64,000 nucleotides of DNA from Mytilus californianus (lineage: Eukaryota), in the NCBI RefSeq assembly GCF_021869535.1, contig NW_026262582.1, positions 61,318,001-61,382,000 on the forward strand. The letters run 5' to 3'. Below the pieces are notes generated by a model. It had not been told where the DNA came from. It worked only from the letters and a program-made list of their open reading frames with translations, and made no database searches. Position 1 is the stretch's first letter. Every line of letters begins with the position of its first letter. The position numbers and the translations under genes are program-made. Below, piece by piece: positions 28,891 through 42,500 of this stretch.

Positions 28891-28949
28891 TTGAAATACG
28901 TAAACTATCTTCCAATCGTCAGCAAATACTTAAACTACCTTCCGTCATC

Positions 28950-31325
28950 AGCAATTACTTAAACTCTTGTTTGTAACGTAGATAGTTTGTGTCTATATTA
29001 TTTTATTGATGACGTTACGTCGATAGGAGGTGGAAAATATCAATGGGAGAATCAAAATCGAAAGTATAAGGTCGAAGAGAGCCCAATAAAAAATGATTGT
29101 CAAAACAAACCGAAAAAAAAACCACGAAGATCAAACAACAGTCTACAAAGCACTTAATAAGAACGAACGACAAGGTTAAAAAAAGTCCAAGTAAAATTCC
29201 CAATTTTCACCAAAAATATTTAGTTTTGAGCGAAGGATTTATATACATATATAGAATTGCATAGCTGATTTCAGCCTTAATTAGCATGCTGATCTTTTTT
29301 TTTTGTCACAAAGTACATGCACTCATATAACCAATCAAATTGCATGATTAGCTGGGATCTGTCACTCCAGTATGATATAACGTTATATTCCGAGACAATA
29401 TATGGTTATTCTGTATTTACATGAGTCTCAGAAGCATTACTTGAAAATCGTATATTTAAAACCAGTTATATCTGCTTATTTTCTACATGGCGGGATAATT
29501 TTTACAGCCTTAGGGAATGTTCACTAAATAGTATGTCATCATAAATAGAGTAAGGCTCCGTGTTGAAGACCGTACTGTGACCTATAATGGTTTACTTTTA
29601 TAAATTTTGACTTGGATGGAGAGTTGTCTCATTGGCACTCATACCACATCTTCTTATATCTATTGTTTAGTTTCAAAATGGTATTGAAAGATCAACAAAA
29701 TGTTTACTTTTCATTTTGTTAATTTTATTTTTTATTATTATTTTCTTTAATTCCCTTTCAAAAGAGTAAGTTAAAGCTGGAATTTCCATTTGATCTTTTA
29801 TTTCACCAACAAACTAGTTTCTCTAGATCTTAAGATTAAAGTTGGATGTGTTAATAATCTGAACTTTTGTTCTTAATTTCTTGCTAAATGGAGCAAAGAC
29901 CGCCGTGTTCACACATTACAAATAGACGAAGAAAGAAATTATTCACATATATGGTTATATACTATAAATATTTTGACATTTAGTTATTTTTTAAATGAAG
30001 ACTTTATCAGTATTGGTAAGTATAAAGCTGCTAAAATAAATCAACTATAGGGTTTATTAATATCAAAATAGCAATAATACAAATAAATACGAACCTGTCG
30101 AAAAATAAAACCTTACAACAATAATGAAGGCCATCACGTCAGCATTGCCGTTTGAATATGTAAAAATGTAAGCTTACTGGGACAAGGGGTCAAGGTAATA
30201 CAAATTTTAAAATATCATTAGTGTACTAGTCTCTAATAATCACATCAATTACATTGATAATGTCTCTAGATCTTAAGATTAAAGTGGGAAGTGTTAATAA
30301 TCTGAACTTTGGATTGAATTTCTTACTAAATGGAGCGAAGACCGTGTTCACACATTACAGAATAAGATGAAAAAAGAAATTGTTCACAGATGTGGTTATA
30401 TACTATAATCATGTTGACATTTAGTTATTTTTAACATGAAGACTTTATCAGTATTAGTAAGTATCAAGCTACTAAAATAAATCAACTATAGAATTTATTA
30501 ATATCAAAATAGCAATAGTACAAATAAATTTGAACTTGTCGAAAAATAAAACCTAACAGCAATAATGAAGGCCATCACGTCAGGATGCCACTTTGAATAT
30601 GTACAAGTGTAAGCTTACTGGGATAAGGGGTCAAGGTACTTTAGTAATACAAATGTTGAAATATCATTAGTGTATAAGTGTCTAATATTCACATCAATTG
30701 CATCAATGAATAATGTACCTAAACATTTGAAAGCCAAGGATTTATGATTACGCAGACACATGCTGAATGAGCCAAATTGCTGTAAAAAGGGTACACTAAT
30801 TACCATGCTGATCTTCATTCCCGTTCACATGGTATATGCGCTCGAATAGCTAATCAAATTGCATGATAATCCAGAATATTTCACTCCAGTATAAGATAAG
30901 GTTATATTTTGATTCAATGTATAAATATTCAGTATTTACTTGAGACGCACAACTTGAAAATCATATCTTTAAACCCAATTAATACTGACGTTAATAGTAG
31001 ATTCATGTACTAATTTTCCTATTCTTCGCTTACATGGTGGGGATAATTTTTACAATCTTGTTGATTCCTCATGCCGAAAATAGCAGTCGTATAATGAAAT
31101 TCCCTAAATGGCAGGTTATTGTCATAAATTGATTTGTTTCATTTCAAAATAGAATGCATTATTCATTTTGATATTACTATTTTTTATTCCCATTCAATAG
31201 AGAAAGTTAAAGCTGGAATTGTTCTCTACTATTTTCGATTTAAACATTTTATTTCACATAGATTATTTTTTACTTTAGATCTCAAAATTAAAGTCGGATG
31301 TGTTAACAATATTAACTTTTTTTCG
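28950..31325 (-). repeat. Inverted copies of the U units plus the adjoining arm (mirror of 530-7420)
   Basis: Reverse complements of U motifs, e.g. atatgtaaaaatgtaagctta (about 30157-30177) and ggggtcaagg (30187, 30627). 28970-29170 is the reverse complement of 7200-7410. Confidence 0.8.
29552..29663 (+). mobile_element. Solo Naiad family 1 3' tail. Decayed relatives at about 8570-8735, 21470-21640, 27630-27750, 56460-56550, 56790-56850, 57370-57505 and 60770-61080
   Basis: Near-identical to about 3638-3748 (aaggctccgtgtt..ggcactcataccacatcttcttatatctat) and inserted in an inverted U unit. Confidence 0.78.
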
Positions 31326-31550
31326 GCTCCTATCTCTATGTAACGTCATAAATAAAGGTAACTATCTGCGTCAAAAACAAGGTTGTTTACGGTCAGAGAC
31401 TGTTTATCAGAAATGTTTATAAAGTCAATGCAATCCGCATACGCAAATCGTATGGCTGAATCATCAGAATTAATCAACTGGTATCTACGTCACGACTTTT
31501 GTAGTGAATGAAATTTAATGCCGTCAAAGTTTTTTCCTGACATCTTTTCT

Positions 31551-31592
31551 ATGACAGATGAGTCCTTTGTAGACGAAACGCGCAGCTTACGT
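31551..31592 (+). ncRNA. Degenerate hammerhead ribozyme (family A-like)
   Basis: CAGATGA-gtc(ctttgta)gac-GAAA-cgcgca-GC. Core U4 is mutated to A, and the cleavage triplet and stem I are decayed. Confidence 0.55.
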
Positions 31593-32991
31593 ACTTAAAA
31601 TATAAACTTGGTATCTGTGATGAGTTGTTATAGGAACCTTTCAAAATATACACATGATGTGTCTTTAAAACACTTCATGAGGGAAATATTTGAGTAGGGA
31701 TTAAATACAAATATATAATTCCACAGTTTTCACAACATAATCAGTGTTTACATTTTACTTTTGAATATGAAAAAGACAACTTATATTGAAATTTACGGCT
31801 GATATAATTTAAATGGGGCATTTAGATGTATGTTTATAGATAAATATCTAAAGAATAATTAGAAATATGACAAATCAAACGGTTAAGCTCACCCACAAAC
31901 CATGGTGTGGGCATTACGTATTCTGGTATGGGAGTCCGTTTGGTCTTTCGTCTTGTATCAGGTCAAATAGTTTGGTTAAGGAAATCTGTGTTTAAAATAC
32001 TAATTGATCCTGCTTTTAGATATAACAACTGGTTTCAACGAATCACTGAAACACGAAAGGAAAAAGTTTGAGATGGTGTAAAGTAGACAAATACGCATAT
32101 TCTTGTATTAAATTTGAAAATTATAACCAGGAAATTTTATTTTCTCAATAAAACAACAAAAGCAATACATAGATTATTTCATTAATGATTCTTAAAAACA
32201 AAAACAGTAATGAATAATCAACAGAAGAATTTTTCTTTAATTATTAACGTTATCACTTTTAGCATAATTATATGTACATTTCTTTTGTTCAAAATATAAT
32301 ATCAACATGAAGGGGCATGACTCTTGGTATCATACTGGAACATTGAGCAGATGTGAACACAATATGCACATTATTGTTTTATGTTTGGTCTAATTTCGTA
32401 TGCTTTTTTTTAACAGATCTTAATCGCACGCTAGATCCGGCCGTGTTGTTTATTTTGATACGAGTGAACATATGTCACATGAATGATGTAAACGTTTTTC
32501 TTTAGCAGACAATTCAGTCGATTAAGACTAGATAATACCAAAATTACCGTTTTAAACTGGACTCTGGCTACAAGTGAGTGTTCCTGTTTATCACACAATT
32601 AAGCATAACTGATATTTGGTCGAGAATTTATCGCCATTTTAAGCAGGGAAATTTATACTGATGAAGGACATTAACATTGGCTTATAAATATTAACTATTT
32701 AATATTCTCTTAATAAAGATATACAGTTGACTGAATCATTCAAAGTACCAGCAATTTATCTGATTTGTTTATCCAATTACATTATACTGATGGGTAATAT
32801 GGCTTAACAACCTGTATGATTTGACTTTCTTGTGTACAACACGTCGTCCTTGTGTTAATAACACACATAATATAATTTTCAATAGCAGAATATTAGATGG
32901 GCTTTTTGCTTAGTGTAGTTGTAACTTTAACCTTAGCAAATTCACATCATTTTGTTATGGACTGGAAATACACAAAATGCTATGATCAGAT

Positions 32992-33664
32992 TACCGTATC
33001 GGGTTTTTTTTCGCGTCGGCTTTTTTTCGCGATTTCATGACGAAATAGGCAGGTTAAATTTTCACTGTGTATAATTTTCGCTGAATGGGAAAATGCACGC
33101 GAAAATATAACTTTATCGCATTGTCAAAGATGTAAACAACACAAACTTGATTGAATGACAGATAATCGATCACAAATAAATACAAGTGATACAAACGCAA
33201 ATACACAATTTGGAGAACTTTTAAGGAACGTAAATAACACACTTAGGGGCATGCTAAAATTGAAGGTTTTGATCATTACAGATATACAAATGTCCGTGTA
33301 AAAGTGACTTATTTTTATTTTTTTTTTCACATTAAATGCCTTTTGTTTGGGTTATGACACTAATCAATATAATAGGTCGTCACTAATTAACATATGATTG
33401 CTGAGTTGTCAAAATGTGTGACACGTATGTTGAGCCAATTTAAGTATTGTGAAAACAGAAATTTTAATTCAGAATACTCATTCTTGTGAACTGTCGAACA
33501 ACGCAAATGACTTAATATTTGACAGTATAATTTATAAAACTTTCAAATTTTTATAAATCTAAGAATATGCAGGAAAATTTACGCGTGGTCAAATTTTCGC
33601 GTTTCTTTAGTTACCGCGAACAAAGCGAAAATTAAACACACGAGAAAAAAAACGATATACGGTA
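32992..33664. mobile_element. MITE / non-autonomous DNA transposon with TIRs and TA flanks
   Basis: The left end TACCGTATcgggttttttttcgcgt is inverted at the right end as acgagaaaaaaaacgatATACGGTA. Confidence 0.7.
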
Positions 33665-34867
33665 TAAGAAACGAAATGTTATACATTAATTGTTCAAAGT
33701 TTTAAGTACCTTGTACACCAGATGATCGCCCCACCGATAAATGGTTTGAAAGGTCACATTTCCGAAGTTTTTATAGTACATTAATTCGTTAATATAGATA
33801 CAAAGGGTTAAATAAAACGAATGTTTTAACATTTTACTTTTCGCCGACGGCGCGGAACGAATGTGCTATCAATAAGCCTCATACATTTGCCCTAACACTT
33901 TGTATCTGACGAACAACTTCAGTAAATGGCACTTGTAACTCAAACAAGCTGGGATTAACACGAAACACCTATACAAAGTACAACAAAAGCCATCAACAGG
34001 AACCAAAACATGACTATAAAGGCTGAACAAATTTCTCTGGACTAGCTGTTAACAGATAGGTTTGACCAATGCAAATCACACTTTCCAATTGTTTTGCGTC
34101 AGAGACAATTATTTAAATGTATCTTTATCAAAACGTTCAAAATCAAAATCATTGGAAAGCTTTGGATGTATAAAGACCAAAAATTAGTAAACCAATATGC
34201 ATTTTTTTTGTCCCAAACCGTTTGATAAATATATATATTTCTGAAAATTTAAAATCTCGGTCATTCTCTGAAATAAATAATATCAAACCCTTCGATGTTT
34301 GCACCCTTTTCACCATTAAGGCAAAAACGTGTTTTAGCGAATATTGATAAGCCAGGGTTTTATAAAGGAATATTTCGTCACTTTTTTTAAAGTTCATCTG
34401 GAAGTACCAAAATTTATAGATAAATTTGCAATGTCTACTTCACAAATAATACATGATGGTTTTGAGTTATAGATTATAGGTGCTGGAGTTGTGTTCTATT
34501 TATTTATTTAATTTTTTTCTCTAATTTGTCTTTGTGCTTTTATATATGTTCCTTTTGGTTATATGACTCTTGACGTGAATCGGTATTTGTGCATCAAACT
34601 ATCAAGTTTTTTGCTTTGAGCGTTCCTGGTGCAGGTGCGTACCGGGGTGAGATTGGAACGCCAGAGGTTTTTACAGTGTTGTTTTTATTTGTTTACCTTT
34701 GTATTTATATTTTACTAAATGTTAACTTTATCATGCCTAGTGTATACTAGTACGGCAGTATGTTTCTATTTTCTGTATGTACTATCAACTACAAAAACAT
34801 TTTTTTTTGCGTCTGTTAGATTTTCTGCAATAACTTTTTAGTTGGTGTCTTTATCATATTTAGTCGT

Positions 34868-35667
34868 ATGTTTGTTTACATTGATCAGTCAGTTGTGTTG
34901 TATGTCTGTGATGTTTGTTTACATTGTTCATGATCAGTCAGTTGTGTTGTATGTCTGTGATGTTTGTTTACATTGTTTAGTCAGTTGTGTTGTATGTCTG
35001 TGATGTTTGTTTACATTGTTTAGTCAGTTGTGTTGTATGTCTGTGATGTTTGTTTACATTGTTTAGTCAGTTGTGTTGTATGTCTGTGATGTTTGTTTAC
35101 ATTGCTCAGTCAGTTGTGTTGTATGTCTGTGATGTTTGTTTACATTGTTCATGATCAGTCAGTTGTGTTGTATGTCTGTGATGTTTGTTTACATTGTTTA
35201 GTCAGTTGTGTTGTATGTCTGTGATGTTTGTTTACATTGTTTAGTCAGTTGTGTTGTATGTCTGTGATGTTTGTTTACATTGCTCAGTCAGTTGTGTTGT
35301 ATGTCTGTGATGTTTGTTTACATTGTTTAGTCAGTTGTGTTGTATGTCTGTGATGTTTGTTTACATTGTTCAGTCAGTTGTGTTGTATGTCTGTGATGTT
35401 TGTTTACATTGTTTAGTCAGTTGTGTTGTATGTCTGTGATGTTTGTTTACATTGTTTAGTCAGTTGTGTTGTATGTCTGTGATGTTTGTTTACATTGTTT
35501 AGTCAGTTGTGTTGTATGTCTGTGTTGTTTGTTTACATTGTTCAGTCAGTTGTGTTGTATGTCTGTGATGTTTGTTTACATTGTTCAGTCAGTTGTGTTG
35601 TATGTCTGTGATGTTTGTTTACATTGATCAGTCAGTTGTGTTGTATGTCTGTGATGTATGTTTACAC
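34868..35667. repeat. 43-bp minisatellite, 18 full units plus a partial unit
   Basis: Unit agtcagttgtgttgtatgtctgtgatgtttgtttacattg plus a variable end (ttt/ttc/ctc/atc/ttcatgatc). Unit starts run 34887, 34936, 34979 ... 35630. Confidence 0.97.
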
Positions 35668-36249
35668 AGTTTTGGATGCTCGATCTAAATTATTGTCACA
35701 TTAACCAACTATGTCTGTTTGGGTTGCTCACCCAATGTTGTCAATAAAACGAAACAACTGTCATAAAACTTGGAGGTTCAGCTAGCTATAAAACCAGGTT
35801 TAACCCACAATTTTCTTCGAAAAATGGCTGTAGCAAAGTCACGAATATGACATTTGTTTTCCATTTTACCCGTTGGTTGATATAGTCTTAAGTTTGATTT
35901 TATCAGATTTTATGGACTTTTTCCTTTTTTAAGTTTACCTTGGAGTACGATATTTTTTTTCTGGACCAATAAATATAAACATCATCGATGATGTTTACAA
36001 TGAAGAGGTTATATGAGAACGCTAGTTGACTGACACACACACAACATGTAATAGTATTGTGAAAAGTACAGAAAAAATAATAAATACTTCTTTTAATATC
36101 ATGTTGTAAAATCATATTGTTCAAACATTAACAACAACGGCACATCATACAGTTTTTTCTAAATAATTTCACAATTCACATTTCAGATTCGAAGATATAA
36201 ATTATGTGAGAAGAGGGATAGGAATAAGATAAAATAAATGTTAACTTCC

Positions 36250-36730
36250 TACTAACGACACTTTTAAGTGCAGTAAATGTGTGTCTATATTTAAACAGTT
36301 AAAATCGAATCACAAACAAAACAACACAAACTGTTATATTTGTTTTTAAAAGTGACGATACCAAATGTACGAAATAGCCTCTGTTGTCCTCGTTAAAAGA
36401 TATAATTGATGCTAAATTCATAGTAGTGACAATTTTAAGTGCAGTAGATGTGTGTTTATATTTAAACAGTTTAAAAAGAATCACAAACATAACAACACAA
36501 ACTGATATATGTTTATGAAAAGTGACGTTGCCACATGTACGAAATAGCCATCCGTTGTCCTTGCTATAAGATTTAAGTTAATGTTAAATTCCTAGTAATG
36601 ACACTTTTAAGTGCAGTAGATGTGTCTACATTGAAACAGTAAAGCGATTTAAACAATAATAATCACAAGCATAACAACACGAACTGTTGTATACGTTGTC
36701 ACATGTACGAAATAGCCCTCCGTTGTCCTT
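36250..36730. repeat. Tandem repeat of about 171 bp, about 2.7 copies; single copy in the paralog (41670-41815)
   Basis: ttttaagtgcagta at 36262, 36433 and 36605. Confidence 0.88.
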
Positions 36731-36885
36731 GCTATCGCCAGAGTTGAATGAAAGTTAACACTGTCCCATTGTTAGCTGATATCTCTCTTCCTTGTCAGGA
36801 TTTGTCTATACTAAATGTACTTCTAGGTTTCATCAGCTCTTCAACGTTTATATTAGTATTTAGATTTTTACATATTTGAATTTGA

Positions 36886-36929
36886 GCATCATTCAAGAGA
36901 CAACCATTGTCGAAATGCGCAACTGGTGC
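36886..36929 (+). ncRNA. Degenerate hammerhead ribozyme (third family); more decayed paralog at about 41948-41992
   Basis: gcatca-TTCAAGA-gac(aaccatt)gtc-GAAA-tgcgca-AC-tggtgc. Stems I and II and the palindromic stem III are intact. The core (CUGAnGA) and the UH site are mutated. Confidence 0.6.
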
Positions 36930-37142
36930 ACTCAAATTGGAACCGTTAAATGTTATTATCAATGTAAAGCTAATTAAGGAACTAGTTCAACCAGTTGATA
37001 ATTACTGTATTGTTTCAAATTCGTTATAGAAATATATCCTTCTTAATTGATTTACAAAAAGAGACAATTGTGGGTCGATACCGCTACAATGGTAACATCA
37101 CCTCAGTATGCATCCTTGGCTTTCTCAAATATTCTGATTTGA

Positions 37143-37521
37143 GCGTTCCTAGGAATTTTAATCCAGATAACGCTTCGAACGCATGTCAATTTTTTTAGTG
37201 TTGTTTTCATATTTGAGAGAAGTGGGCCGAAACCTTTGCTGGTGGACTATCAGTCCCCGAGGGTATTATCAGCTCAATATTCAGTGTTTGGTACTGACAT
37301 GATATATAACCTTTCTTAAATTGTCCGGTTATAAATTTAGAAATTTTTAAGAAACTAAGGTATCAACTTGCTCAGGCAAAGATTGATTAGGCTATTATTT
37401 TAGGCTAATTTTGGCCATATCGCTCCTTAATTCCTTCGGTTCTAATATATCTTTGGCTTTCTTAGATATTCGGCTTTGACCGTTCCTAATGAAGGTACAT
37501 CAAGAAAAGCGCTTCGAACGC
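37143..37521 (+). mobile_element. Decayed retrozyme monomer (HHR family B) bounded by two HHR remnants 339 nt apart
   Basis: gcgttc..cgcttcgaacgc (37143-37182) and cgttc-CTAATGA-aggtacatcaa-GAAA-agcgct-TC-gaacg (37481-37520; core G5 mutated to A). Confidence 0.7.
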
Positions 37522-38021
37522 ATGACATTTATAAAATGTTGTTTTCATATTTTACAGCAATGGGTCTATACCAATTACATAAACATTACTGATCTTCAAT
37601 CGACAAATATTCTTTTCACAGATACATACCAAGTAGTTATTAAATATCTGCAATAAGGAGTGAGAATATAAGATAATTTCTATGAGGCTTTTATTCTATA
37701 TGCTTTAATAAGTATCAACAAACAAGCAGATCACTGTATGAATATATTCATGTTAAACATCAGCAATTCTTACGATAAGGAGTCTTTAATGGTGTCACGT
37801 TAATTGTACAGGTATGTCTCGAGGAATTTCTGAAGTATGTAGAATGTAGTTCGGCTGGTCCATTGGTCGTCTATCAGAATTTGAATCTGAAAATCCTACA
37901 CTGTACGAGACCATGGCCGTGTTGTTTTCCTTCTGTCGGTTTTTTTTATATATATGTCTCATCACAACAATGGACACAGCATCCTTGCATCAAAAATACT
38001 ACTAGATATGAATTAAAATAA

Positions 38022-39352
<1,331 letters not shown>

Positions 39353-39492
39353 AACGTCTTTGAAAACGTGCTGAAAAGGTGCTTTTGTACCAAGATTCTT
39401 GGATTGACTGATAAATATAATTGTTTCGCCTCTTTTTATTCAACTAGATGATAATTGACCAGGAAGCCGACATCTCTGAAAGAGTGTAAATA

Positions 39493-39741
39493 TCTTTAAT
39501 AAATAATTTCCTGTTACAAAACTTTGAATTGTTCGAAAAACTAAGGATTTTCTTATCCCAGAAATAGATTACCTTAGCCGTATTTGGCACAACTTTTTGG
39601 AATTTTGGGTACTCAATGCTTTTCAACTTTGTACTTGTTTGGCTATATAACTATTTTGATCTGAGCGTCACTGATGAGTCTTATGTAGACGAAACGTGCG
39701 TCTGGCGTATTAAATTATAATCCTGGTACCTTTGATAACTA
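39493..39741 (+). mobile_element. 5'-truncated retrozyme-like insertion (HHR family A), absent from the paralogous site near 46872
   Basis: About 250 bp of extra sequence between gagtgtaaata and ttgatgtcatatcc relative to unit 2. It contains the HHR and is homologous to 42290-42500. Confidence 0.8.
39665..39708 (+). ncRNA. Minimal type I hammerhead ribozyme with an intact catalytic core
   Basis: gcgtca-CTGATGA-gtct(tatgt)agac-GAAA-cgtgcg-TC-tggcgt. Stem I is 6 bp, stem II is 4 bp, and all core nucleotides are present. Predicted cleavage is after GUC at 39702. Confidence 0.85.
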
Positions 39742-42104
39742 TTTGATGTCATATCCAAATCTTCTTTTGTATGATATAAAATTTTAGATGAACTTTGATA
39801 CTGCATGTGGTTAAAAGATCTTTGTACCCTTAAAGCTATAGCATACCCATGGTTTCTTGTATGTAAACCAACTTATTTGTGCGTATACCTTATATCGCGT
39901 AGCCAATTAAATTTAGCGATTTCCTAATTGTCTGAATTTATTTATATAACAAAGTGTTTTTATATTCGCGATGATTCATATTTGATTCATTTTACTTGCG
40001 GAAAAAAATTGCTCGCGAAAATAGTTAGTTATACAGAATATGTATAGCATCTTTTAATCATATTTATGATTCCATATGTTAGACACAGATCAAGCAAGAC
40101 ATTATATATTGTTTTGTTAAATTTAGAACCGCTGGTCATTAAAGTCTCTGTTTATCGTCTGCTTGACCATTTTTCGCTTGTCGAGATCTCTAGTCAGCTC
40201 ATCTTTTACATTTGTATCCAACTGATTAACCATACTAACTCATCGCCACCATTAAGACAGCTCATGGCGTCTGCTTTTCAGCCTTTATTCATCTTTGTCA
40301 ATTTAAAAAAAAAGTCACTTATATTTCTAATCAAATTTTAAAAAAACCAATTAGAACGAATTTATAACTTTGTAAATACATTTAACTTGTATATATTTAG
40401 GTTCACTTGAACATGAATGTCGGTATTCCTATTAATTTTATGTGGTGTTAACACAACAATTCCTGTCAACTGGTTATCATAAACTTAAAAAAATGTACTA
40501 ATATGATTCCAGTGTATGTTTTTATATTTACTTTCATAAGTTATATGAAAACATAAGTCGATGAAAAACACAATATACCATGGCCAAAAGTATTAGAAAA
40601 ACGACGAAATATAAAAACAATAGCAATACAATGCAAATAAGTTTGAGGAAAACAATGCCCGACATCAAACCTGGTAGATTTCATGTACTAAAGCAGGTAG
40701 TCATATCTTCTTAAAAAAGTGGCATCTGTTTTCCAGGCAATACTTGAGTCTGAATTCAAACATGTTTTCTTCTATATACTGTTTTGATACTCACTAATTA
40801 GTTCAAAAAAATTAATATGATCAATTCATATAATTAATTTACTTATATAATTAACTAGTAAAGTTAATTAATTTCAATGACTTATAAATATGATAATGAT
40901 TTCATTAAAAACAATTTTTTATTATTGTTGGGCTGATCGTCCATCTGAACTTGAATTTTTGTTTTCAAACACTGCACTTTCTGTACTTAACTATTTCATG
41001 TAGTTTAAGTGACAGGCGTATCAAAAGCATAATTTTAGGACAGACGTTGCTCATAATATAAATATTTAGTGTTATGTTTGTTTAAATTGTTTAGTCAGTT
41101 GTGTTGTTTCTCTGTGTTGGTTGCTGGATCCCAATTATATATACATGACATATATACCCATTATGTCTGTTTGGGTTGTCCACCCATTTTTGACCCCATA
41201 ACGGAACTATAAACAACAGTGAAGTAAGCGATTTCGCTAGCTTTAGAATCAGGTTTAACCAACCATTTTCTTTTGAAAATGCATGTAATAAAGACAGGAA
41301 TATGAAAGTTGTTTCCATTTATTCCGTTGGTTGATATAGTCTAAGGTTTGAATTTATCAGGTTTTATGACTTTCTTCTTTTTTAATTTACCTTGGAGTAC
41401 AGTATTTTTGTTAATACTTTTTTTTCTGGACAAATAAATACACAATATATGTTATAGTTTTGTGAAAAAGACAAGAAATTAAGATATACCTTTTTTAATG
41501 TCATGTTGTAAAATCATATTTGTTCATATAATTACACCAAACATTAACGACAATGGCACATCATACAGTTGTTTCTGAATAATTTCGCATTGATATTTTC
41601 AGATTCAAAAATACAATTACTGTGAAAAGATGGATAGGAAGAGGATACATAAATGTCAACATCCTACTTATGACACTTTCATTTGCAGTAAATGTGTGTA
41701 TATATTTAAATAGTGTAATGATTATCACAAACATAACAACACAAACTGTAATATTTGTTTTTAAAAGTGACGTTGCCACATGTACGAAAAATCCCTCCGT
41801 TGTCCTTGTTATCGCCAGAGTTGAATACCAGTCACCTGGCATCTCTCATCCCTTGTCAGGATTTGGCTTTACTATGGGTCCTTTTAGGATTGATCAGCTC
41901 TTCAACGTTTATATGAGTATTTGGATTCTCACATATTTTAGTTCCGAGCATCACCCAAAATACATAAAGTTTCGAAATGCGCAACTGGTGCAGTCAAATT
42001 GGTACTGTTAAAGTTATTGTCAATGTAAAGCTAAGAAAGGAACTAGCCCAATCAGTTGTTAATTGATACATTGTTTCGAATTCGTTAACATATGCGTCTT
42101 ATAT

Positions 42105-42500
42105 CGACGAAACGCGCCATCTAGCGTACAAGATTACAAGCCATATATAATTGATGAGGTTTTACAGCCACGCAGTCGATGCCACTCCTAATGGAAGTTT
42201 CTTCCCCGAGGGTATCACTAGCAAAATAACCAGCACTCTTTTGTTGACATGTTATATAATTGATATGTACATTATTATGTAAAATACTGTTTATGAAATG
42301 TTGAACTGTTCGAAACGCTAAGGTTTTTCTACCCCAAGGCCGTATTCGGTACAACCTTTTTGAATTTTCGGTTTTTAATGCCCTGTAACTTGTATTTGAT
42401 ATGGCCTTCCAACTGTTTTCATTCAAGCGTCACTGATGACTCTAGTGCAATCAAAACGTGTTCGGCGAACAAAATTATAAGCACGGTATATCTTTGATTC
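42105..42500 (+). mobile_element. Decayed retrozyme monomer (HHR family A) with two HHR remnants about 341 nt apart
   Basis: gac-GAAA-cgcgcca-TC-tagcgt (42106-42127) and gcgtca-CTGATGA..aaaacgtgttcggcg (42427-42467). The internal motif ccccgagggtatca is shared with 37255. Confidence 0.7.

Noticed and set aside
34618-34672. Hammerhead-like gcgttcc...ggaacgc
   Set aside because: Only stem I-like arms are present. The core (CTGGTGC) and GAAA are absent.
34868-35667. CRISPR-like array
   Set aside because: Units are contiguous with no unique spacers, there are no cas genes, and the context is eukaryotic. It is a minisatellite.
41561-42011. Overlapping 93-aa (-) hydrophobic and 129-aa (+) ORFs
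   Set aside because: The + ORF runs through a decayed ribozyme repeat. The paralogous region is tandemly amplified and frame-broken. No family motif is recognised.
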